NCBI GenBank assembly: GCA_964447495.1
Contig: CAYUTF010000020.1
Coordinates: 1 to 16,906 of the forward strand
DNA length: 16,906 bases
Reading direction: 5' to 3'
Origin: an uncultured archaeon
Lineage (GTDB): Archaea; Asgardarchaeota; Lokiarchaeia; Sigyniarchaeales; SOKP01
The notes beneath the pieces are model-generated. The model was given only the letters and a program-made list of their open reading frames with translations. It was not told where the DNA came from and searched no databases. The position numbers and the translations under genes were made by a program. Numbering within the stretch: position 1 is the stretch's first letter; each line of letters starts with the position of its first letter. Of this stretch, positions 7,671 through 14,880 are shown piece by piece.

Positions 7671-9299
7671 TTAGATTAAATTTAGACTCATCCTTATTGA
7701 ATTTTCAATTTCAGGAGTGATAACACCTTTACTCCTTAAAATTGAGATGCCTGTCTGAATCATTTTATGGAAATTCGATTCTTTTATAATATTTTTATTC
7801 TCACAAGAAAATTCAAAATTAGAACGCAATGCAATTTCCATTTCAATCTTATTCTTAAGTAACTTCCGGATCTGAACCATAGCTTCAGATAAATCAGTAT
7901 AAATTGTACTTGAATCACTATTAATAAACCCTGGAAAAAGAAACTTGACATCTTCTTGTTTAGTATTTTTATCTTCAACAAATATAGTATATAAGGGCAT
8001 ATAAATCCATTGAATAGGTCTAGAAAATAATTCTGCCTGGTTATCTGTCAAAGACCAGGAAATTAAATCTTTTGCCTCTTGTAAACAATTAGCTTGCTTA
8101 ATCTCAATGATTCTCTTAACTTTTGAGGAAAGCTCCTCAATATGAACTTTAAGGTTTTCAATTTTCTTAATTTTCTCTTCTTTTTCTTGTATAAATGCGG
8201 AAAGATGCATATCCCTATCTTTTAGTTTGGTTTTTAATTCATTTACTAAATCAGTTAACTTTTTTTCTGCTTCTGCATCGATTTGTGCCGAACGTTCTTT
8301 GAATTTCATATAATTTTTAGTTAGATTATTAACAGAATCTATGAATTTTTGCCCCTCATTCAATAAATATTTGAAATTAGTTTCATAGGATTCAAATAAA
8401 TCCTCCAATACCTTACTTTTTAAGATATCAGTCTGAGTAAACATTTTGTTTTTCTTAATTATTTCTTCTAATTGTCTTTCTACAGTTTTAAATAACACAG
8501 AAATGTTCTCAATAAGATTTTTTTTTTCGCTTACTTTCCATTGATCGATTCTGTCACTTTCAAGAGCTATTTGTTCTTCAATTTGTGCAGAATCAATGGT
8601 TTGAGATGTTTTATTAATTTGAGAACTATAACGCGTCTCAAGATCTTTTATCTGCACGTTTATCTCAATTAACCATTTATCAATCTCTTTTCCAATAAGT
8701 TCTATTTGGGTTTTCCATCTTAATGCGTTCCCTTTCATATAAGAAATTGCGTTCCTGTACTGATCAGCAAGATCTAATGCTTTTTCGGTGGTTAATCCCG
8801 AATCTAAAGGCATTGAATTCGAAATTGATTTATATTCTACCAGTCTAATTAATTTGACTAAAGTTTCAAGATAATTTGGAGGAATTAAGGCTTCAATATG
8901 GAGGTTTTGAAATTCAGATTCTTCACCCTCTCCAACTTCTTCCGCTCCAGTATCTTTATACGTTAAAACTTCAATAATCTTTTCTAATTGTTCAACTTGA
9001 TTTCGGTTTTCAATATTTCTCAAGATATGTCCTATTAATGGTTGTCTTGGAGGATTTGAGAGTTTTCCTTTTTTTGAGAAAACAAATAAACCATCTAATA
9101 TTATATGAGTGCTAATTACACCTTGAACACACAAAAAAGGCCATAATAATCGTGAAAATGAAATGATTTTATCAGATTGCGTTAATTCCCTAGTTAAAAG
9201 ATAAAATGCTAAAGCCAATTCATCATTATCTTCAATTGGGGGGACATTTTGAGAATTATTAAACAATGGTAAAAGATATTGATTGCCATGGATTGACAT
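7671..9299 (-). CDS. Uncharacterised soluble protein: globular N-head, ~240-aa coiled coil, globular C-head
   Basis: Residues ~172-415 are proline-free, E/K/Q/L/I-rich and heptad-like. The flanks are alpha/beta. No TM segment and no Walker A motif seen. Confidence 0.82.
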   Translation of the reverse strand: MSIHGNQYLLPLFNNSQNVPPIEDNDELALAFYLLTRELTQSDKIISFSRLLWPFLCVQGVISTHIILDGLFVFSKKGKLSNPPRQPLIGHILRNIENRNQVEQLEKIIEVLTYKDTGAEEVGEGEESEFQNLHIEALIPPNYLETLVKLIRLVEYKSISNSMPLDSGLTTEKALDLADQYRNAISYMKGNALRWKTQIELIGKEIDKWLIEINVQIKDLETRYSSQINKTSQTIDSAQIEEQIALESDRIDQWKVSEKKNLIENISVLFKTVERQLEEIIKKNKMFTQTDILKSKVLEDLFESYETNFKYLLNEGQKFIDSVNNLTKNYMKFKERSAQIDAEAEKKLTDLVNELKTKLKDRDMHLSAFIQEKEEKIKKIENLKVHIEELSSKVKRIIEIKQANCLQEAKDLISWSLTDNQAELFSRPIQWIYMPLYTIFVEDKNTKQEDVKFLFPGFINSDSSTIYTDLSEAMVQIRKLLKNKIEMEIALRSNFEFSCENKNIIKESNFHKMIQTGISILRSKGVITPEIENSIRMSLNLI

Positions 9300-9425
9300 A
9301 TGGTATAACCCTTAAAATTTAATAACTTTCTAATAGTTAAAAAATACAAATTAATTATACCTAAAAATTCTTTTTTTTTTTAAGTAAATTCCGAGACTGA
9401 TAAATGTTTCTCCAAAATTAATAAT

Positions 9426-9435
9426 AAAAAAAGAA
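9426..9435 (-). terminator. Possible oligo-T terminator after the 7-TM gene
   Basis: The minus strand reads TTCTTTTTTT about 10 nt after the stop. This is weak evidence in such AT-rich DNA. Confidence 0.3.
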
Positions 9436-9444
9436 TAATGTATA

Positions 9445-10299
9445 TTATCTTAACTGTTCATAGTTATTGGCAATAACAATGATAAGTAGCGACAATAGAA
9501 TTAAAAGTGGAGGCATTATTGCATTTACGTGAGGTAACCCTAATGAATCGAATATACCTTGAAGTATTCTGCCTAAAAAGTATATAAAAAAACCAATCGC
9601 ATTCAAAGCATATGATCTTCTTAAAACTCCAAAAGTTCTGATCGCTAAATTAATAAATAAAAATGGAATAATCGCAACAAATAAAGGCAAAAGAATAAAA
9701 TTCAATACAGCTCTCCCCGCAGGATATCCAAAAATCAAAATTAAACCAGGATCCCCTATACTATACCTATCAGCAAAATCAGGATCCATTAATAAAGAAT
9801 CTGAAAGAGTCAAGGCTAATATTGCTACAATAATAGGGATAGCTATTAGAACCATCCTAAGGAAAATACGTACGTTTTTTTTCTGTAAAAAACTTTTCAT
9901 TTTTTGTTTAAAATCATTCTTAGCATCAACTTTAGTTGCTTCAGTAATAGGGGGAAATATTAAAATTCCAAAAACTCCCATTAAACAAGCGATACCCATC
10001 CATGTTGAAAATGTAGCCAATCTATACTGTATCATCAAAAGTTCAACTAATGCTACATCACTAATTAAACCTTCCAACTCTGGTGCGAAAAAATAATATA
10101 TAATGAAGAAAACTCTCCCTGCAGCTAAAAATAAGAATAACAAGGAGAAAAACAACCAATAATATTTTTTCGAAGTCCTATATCTTATAAGTAGGAAATA
10201 CGCAAATATGAGAAAATAATAGCCTACAATTACAAAATATAACCCTGATTCAATCGCATCCCAAATAGTGAAAAATTGAAAAACATCTTGAAATAGCAT
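9445..10299 (-). CDS. Uncharacterised seven-transmembrane protein (284 aa)
   Basis: Seven hydrophobic segments (about aa 20-38, 47-71, 94-115, 145-165, 197-220, 230-250, 260-277). Basic loops after TM1, TM3 and TM5 imply N-out/C-in topology. SD-like AGGTTGA precedes the ATG. Confidence 0.82.
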   Translation of the reverse strand: MLFQDVFQFFTIWDAIESGLYFVIVGYYFLIFAYFLLIRYRTSKKYYWLFFSLLFLFLAAGRVFFIIYYFFAPELEGLISDVALVELLMIQYRLATFSTWMGIACLMGVFGILIFPPITEATKVDAKNDFKQKMKSFLQKKNVRIFLRMVLIAIPIIVAILALTLSDSLLMDPDFADRYSIGDPGLILIFGYPAGRAVLNFILLPLFVAIIPFLFINLAIRTFGVLRRSYALNAIGFFIYFLGRILQGIFDSLGLPHVNAIMPPLLILLSLLIIVIANNYEQLR

Positions 10300-10462
10300 A
10301 TAATCAACCTGAAATATATAATCCTTAATTATTTGTTATTTTATCTTAAAATTATAATAATATTATCTTTTTCAAATATTTAAAATTTGATTTTAAGGCT
10401 TGGAAAAATTAGAAATATGATAAAAAATTTTCTAAAACTAATAGTGTAAATTTTGATGGAAT

Positions 10463-11944
10463 ATGAAAATCGAGGACAATATTGATACTTTTAATTCTTT
10501 GCTAAGACGACGTGGTTTTATATGGGGGCCATCCCCAGAAATATATGGTGGATTAGCAGGATTTTATTCCTATGGCCCAGCAGGTATGGCACTTAAAAAT
10601 AATATCCTCACTCTTTTTAGGAAAGAATTACGTGCTTTTGGATTTGGGGAAGTTGAATGCCCCACTATTATGCCTGAAATAGTTTGGGAAGCTTCTGGGC
10701 ACTTAGAACGATTTATCGATCCTGTTATAAAATGCTCAAAATGTAATACACTGTATAGAGCAGATAACTTTCTAAGAGAAAGTCTTCCTAACGAGATGAT
10801 TGATGGGTTATCATTTGAAAGAATGAATAATTTGATACAAAAACATCATTTAAAATGTCCTAAGTGTGATATACCTTTCGGTACAATTGAAACATATAAT
10901 CTGATGCTTAAAACTGAGGTTGGAAATAATTTTACTGCGTATTTAAGACCCGAAACGGCTACTACTACATATCTTCTTTTTAATAGATTGGATCAAGATG
11001 CACGTAGACAATATCCGATTAAAATATTTCAATACGGAAAAGCTTATAGAAATGAGATCTCTCCGAGACAGCAAGTTCTACGTATGAGAGCTTTTGATCA
11101 ATTTGAACTTCAATTATTTATTGGTAAAGAACAGGAGATGAATTATGAAGAATTCACAGAGATTAAAGACTATCTGGTACCGTTACTAGATTGGAAAACC
11201 CAAGAAAAAAGTCAGATTAAACCAAACTACATATCTCTTAAGAAAGCTATTGAACAGAAAATTTTAAAAAAACCTGCTTTTGCGTATTGCATATATCTAG
11301 GGTTTTATTTAACCCAGAAGTTGGGCTATCCGAAAAATGCATTAAGGTTGAGACAGCATTCTCCAAATGAAATGGCACATTATGCTGATGATGCTTGGGA
11401 TCTCGAAGTAAAAACGAAACAGTTTGGCTGGGTTGAAATATGTGGGATTCATGATAGAACTGATTATGATTTAAAAAGACACGGGAAATTTTCTAATCAG
11501 AATTTTGAAATCTCAATGGGGACTGACCCTAAAATAAAAGAAGTGCCTCAAATTTTAGAAATTGCATTTGGACCGGATAGAATAATCTACACACTACTTG
11601 AAACATGTTTTAAAGTAGAAAAAGACAGAATCAATCTAAAAATTCTTCCAGAACTTGCTCCTAATACTGTTGCTGTTTTTCCATTGGTGAGAAATAAAGA
11701 GGAAATCATGAAACTGTCAAAAGAAGTCCATAAAAATATGATCGAACATAGGATAATCTCTTTTTTTGACGTATCAGGATCGATCGGTAAGAGATATCGT
11801 CGCCAAGATGAATTAGGGACACCCTATTGCATTACTATAGATTATGATTCTTTAAAAGATAACACAGTAACTCTTCGAGAGAGAGATACAATGGATCAAA
11901 AAAGAGTTAAGATTTTAGATTTAGCAAAGATTATTCAAAAATAA
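10463..11944 (+). CDS. glyS: Glycine--tRNA ligase, homodimeric (archaeal/eukaryotic alpha2) type
   Basis: RRRGF..SPEIYGG..GFYSYGP, VWEASGHLERF, YLRPETA, motif 2 GKAYRNEISPR, EMAHYADDAWD, WVEICG.HDRTDYDL, motif 3 FGPDR, and anticodon-binding domain SGSIGKRYRRQDELGTPYCITID. Confidence 0.97.
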   Translation: MKIEDNIDTFNSLLRRRGFIWGPSPEIYGGLAGFYSYGPAGMALKNNILTLFRKELRAFGFGEVECPTIMPEIVWEASGHLERFIDPVIKCSKCNTLYRADNFLRESLPNEMIDGLSFERMNNLIQKHHLKCPKCDIPFGTIETYNLMLKTEVGNNFTAYLRPETATTTYLLFNRLDQDARRQYPIKIFQYGKAYRNEISPRQQVLRMRAFDQFELQLFIGKEQEMNYEEFTEIKDYLVPLLDWKTQEKSQIKPNYISLKKAIEQKILKKPAFAYCIYLGFYLTQKLGYPKNALRLRQHSPNEMAHYADDAWDLEVKTKQFGWVEICGIHDRTDYDLKRHGKFSNQNFEISMGTDPKIKEVPQILEIAFGPDRIIYTLLETCFKVEKDRINLKILPELAPNTVAVFPLVRNKEEIMKLSKEVHKNMIEHRIISFFDVSGSIGKRYRRQDELGTPYCITIDYDSLKDNTVTLRERDTMDQKRVKILDLAKIIQK

Positions 11945-11991
11945 TTGACGAATTAACAAGTTAAAATATTCCTAAATCACAGAGATTTTCA

Positions 11992-12006
11992 GAAAAAAGT
12001 TTTAAA
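11992..12006 (+). promoter_or_regulatory. Candidate BRE/TATA promoter for the surface-protein operon
   Basis: Purine-rich GAAAAAAG is immediately followed by TTTTAAA, about 70 nt upstream of ATG 12076. This matches the archaeal BRE-TATA layout. Confidence 0.4.
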
Positions 12007-12075
12007 GAGAAGAAAATTTTTTTAAAAGATATAACTTATATTTAAAAATAATTTTAAAGCTAAGTAGAATTTACT

Positions 12076-14880
12076 ATGTATTCAAGTAGGTCTTCTGTTT
12101 TTAGAGTAAAAAAGACAAAGAAGATGGGGAAAAATTGGAAAGTTCTTTCTTTTTTAATTGTACTTACTATGTTATTAAATATTTTATATGTATATGATTT
12201 TTATAATCAAAATTTAACTGAAAATAGTACTTTTAATCAAAATAACGAATTATTTGAAGAAGAAACAACATTGCCTGAATTATCATCTGAATTGGATGAT
12301 ATATTAAATGATCCGTTTCTAAAAAATTTTAGTGATATTTGGCAGTTTTTCAATACCAATTATGAATCTAATCTAAATTTACAAATAAGCACCTATCTTA
12401 GGAACGGAGATGGTGGCGGTACCATCATAGATGATAAAATATATCCAGTTGACAATTTACTCTTATATAAATCACTTCTAAAAAATGAGGTGGATGCTTA
12501 TGACACATATAGTAATTATTTAGATTTAAGAGTCTCACCCTTCTGGTATGATGGCAATAGCCAAGAATTTGATTATGGATTCATTAATTCGGTTGATGAG
12601 TCCGATAATGCCGTATACAATGATACTAGGTATTTAATTGATAATTTAGCGGCAATTGATCTTTTAATTGAAAACATTGGATATCAAATAAATACAATTA
12701 ATATAGGGGGACAAAAACCTGCTGATTCAATCGAAGAGCTTTATGATTTAATAGGATCTTCAATCTTTTGGGATAATACCTATAAAGGATTTTATGATCA
12801 TAATTCTACAAATTACAAATATACTGAAAGTAATTTGTATGCCATATTAATCTCCTTGAAAATTAAAAATTTGCTTGATAACCTTAATATTAATGACCCA
12901 TTAAGAGATCAGGCGGAATTATTAGCAAATGAAACCATGACTAAATTACTGGCAAAAGATATTTGGGATCAAACAAATATAGGCTTTAAGTATTACGCAA
13001 AACGTGATTGGACAGGAGGAGATCCAGGAATGAATTACAAGTATCTTAGTGTTAATGCGTTAGGAATTATAACGCTTATAGAATATTGGCTTGAAACAGG
13101 AATGCAAACTACTTCAAAGTATATTAATTATGCCAAATTGCTATATGACAAAATGGAAGATTATATGTGGTCTCCTAACCTTGGAGGAATATATAATGCC
13201 TATGAATACAGTAGAACTCGCTTTTGGGGAGAAATAAGTCCAAATAGCCTTATAGACCTTGAAGCAAATGCTTTGATGATGTATGCATGTTCCCGATTAT
13301 TTGAGGTCACAGGTAATTTTACGTATTATGAAAGAGCCTGGGAGATATATGAAACATTTGAATCCGAATTTTACGATGTATCGGTTAATGCTTACAGGAG
13401 TTCAATTAGTAATCCCTTTAATGATGATAAAGATTTTCATGCTAATTTAGTTTTATGTGATGCCTATAACAAAGCATATGAGCTATATAATAAAACCACA
13501 CTGGAAGCATCATATAATATTTCCGGAGATATTCCCGATTTTATTTTCAATCAAGATACGTTAAATTTAACTTCAATATATGCTTATAAAACTCAAATTC
13601 AATTTTACAATACCACAACAGATGTCTATGAGTTAAAATCAGTTGTTTATGAGATAACAGATGGAGAGATAACTTATTTATTTAAAAAACCTGATAATGG
13701 GATGTTATTTGATACGGTCTCTACCCCAATAATATCTAAATCTACAACACTCATATATAATATCACTGATCAGATTAGTATTGGAAATAATTATTATCTA
13801 TGGATGTATGCAAACACCTCAAAATTAGGAACGGCATTTACTTTAAAGCATTTTAATGTAATTTCGGGATTAGTTAATGTAGGTATATTAGGCTTACCAA
13901 AAACATTATATCAAGGTCCGACTCTAAATGTAACGCTTCAAATTAATAATACTCGAAAAGATAATGTTATGCTTAATGTCTCGATGGGATCACAAGATAT
14001 TTATAATGAGACTCAATTGGTGGGTCTTGATTCCTTAGTATTAACAAATATAACTTTTAATTTAACGGCTAAATTAGATGCCAAAATAGGAACATATGAG
14101 CTAATATTTGATTTTACTGAAGGAGATATACTATATTTAAGAATTGTTGAAATTATCAAAATAGGATACTCATTTGATTATCGCGATTTCATTTATGAGA
14201 GCAGAACTGTACAAGGTGGTAACATTCAACTCTCTCTTAAGCTCATTAATTTTTTACCGAATAGTTCTCAATTTTTAAATATGAGTTTCAGAGGAGAACA
14301 CTTGTTACACAATGTTTTCGAGGAGATTACTTTAGTCAAAAATGAAATTAGAAACCTATATTATAATCTTCAATTATCAAATCTCATTATTATAAATTCT
14401 ACAGAAATCACAATGAATATAAAAAAGGGGGACACAATCTTTTATAATAAAACATTTACAGTTCAAATTGTTCCAAAATTTGAAATCCTGAGTGTTTCAT
14501 TCCCTAATAGTGTTCCACAGGGTGGGTATGCTGACTTTATCTTAGTCATTAGAAATAATCAAAAAATTTCAGAATCATTTTCCTTATACGTAAATGGTGC
14601 TCAAGTAAATACTAATCTAGCTGGTTTAGGTCCGGGCGACAATAAGATTATTACTCAAGTTATTCCATCAATATTTCCCTATGACTTTCAAATAAAAGCA
14701 TATACTTTTACTCTAAGAGATAATCAAGGTGATATTATTGCTCAATATTATTACGAAGTGGCTCTTGAGTTAACTACGTTCAATTTGATAATATTTTATG
14801 TATTACCAATAATAATTCCAATAGCAATTTTATTATTTTACAAAAATAAAGAAATACAGCGCAAATTACTGAGAAGATGA
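12076..14880 (+). CDS. Membrane-anchored surface glycoprotein: signal/anchor, six-hairpin (alpha/alpha)6 glycosidase-like barrel, Ig-like repeats, C-terminal TM
   Basis: Basic N-region plus hydrophobic segment (aa 21-40; alternative start ATG 12124), six hairpin repeats in aa ~80-472 (e.g. LEANALMMYACSRLFEVTGNFTYYERA), beta-rich ~100-aa repeats, TM at aa ~903-922, and about 23 N-x-S/T sequons by my count. Confidence 0.8.
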   Translation: MYSSRSSVFRVKKTKKMGKNWKVLSFLIVLTMLLNILYVYDFYNQNLTENSTFNQNNELFEEETTLPELSSELDDILNDPFLKNFSDIWQFFNTNYESNLNLQISTYLRNGDGGGTIIDDKIYPVDNLLLYKSLLKNEVDAYDTYSNYLDLRVSPFWYDGNSQEFDYGFINSVDESDNAVYNDTRYLIDNLAAIDLLIENIGYQINTINIGGQKPADSIEELYDLIGSSIFWDNTYKGFYDHNSTNYKYTESNLYAILISLKIKNLLDNLNINDPLRDQAELLANETMTKLLAKDIWDQTNIGFKYYAKRDWTGGDPGMNYKYLSVNALGIITLIEYWLETGMQTTSKYINYAKLLYDKMEDYMWSPNLGGIYNAYEYSRTRFWGEISPNSLIDLEANALMMYACSRLFEVTGNFTYYERAWEIYETFESEFYDVSVNAYRSSISNPFNDDKDFHANLVLCDAYNKAYELYNKTTLEASYNISGDIPDFIFNQDTLNLTSIYAYKTQIQFYNTTTDVYELKSVVYEITDGEITYLFKKPDNGMLFDTVSTPIISKSTTLIYNITDQISIGNNYYLWMYANTSKLGTAFTLKHFNVISGLVNVGILGLPKTLYQGPTLNVTLQINNTRKDNVMLNVSMGSQDIYNETQLVGLDSLVLTNITFNLTAKLDAKIGTYELIFDFTEGDILYLRIVEIIKIGYSFDYRDFIYESRTVQGGNIQLSLKLINFLPNSSQFLNMSFRGEHLLHNVFEEITLVKNEIRNLYYNLQLSNLIIINSTEITMNIKKGDTIFYNKTFTVQIVPKFEILSVSFPNSVPQGGYADFILVIRNNQKISESFSLYVNGAQVNTNLAGLGPGDNKIITQVIPSIFPYDFQIKAYTFTLRDNQGDIIAQYYYEVALELTTFNLIIFYVLPIIIPIAILLFYKNKEIQRKLLRR

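Noticed and set aside
7784-7981. 65-aa alternative-frame ORF inside the coiled-coil gene
   Set aside because: Nested out-of-frame ORF. Such hydrophobic/basic shadows are expected in AT-rich genes, and the host frame is intact.
7671-9299. SMC/Rad50 or dynamin-like assignment for the coiled-coil protein
   Set aside because: No Walker A/B, ABC signature, GTPase motifs or CxxC hook seen.
8518-9381. T10 (8518-8527) and T11 (9371-9381) homopolymers as frameshift or phase-variation sites
   Set aside because: A/T runs are common at this composition. The first encodes E-K-K-N in an intact frame and the second is intergenic.
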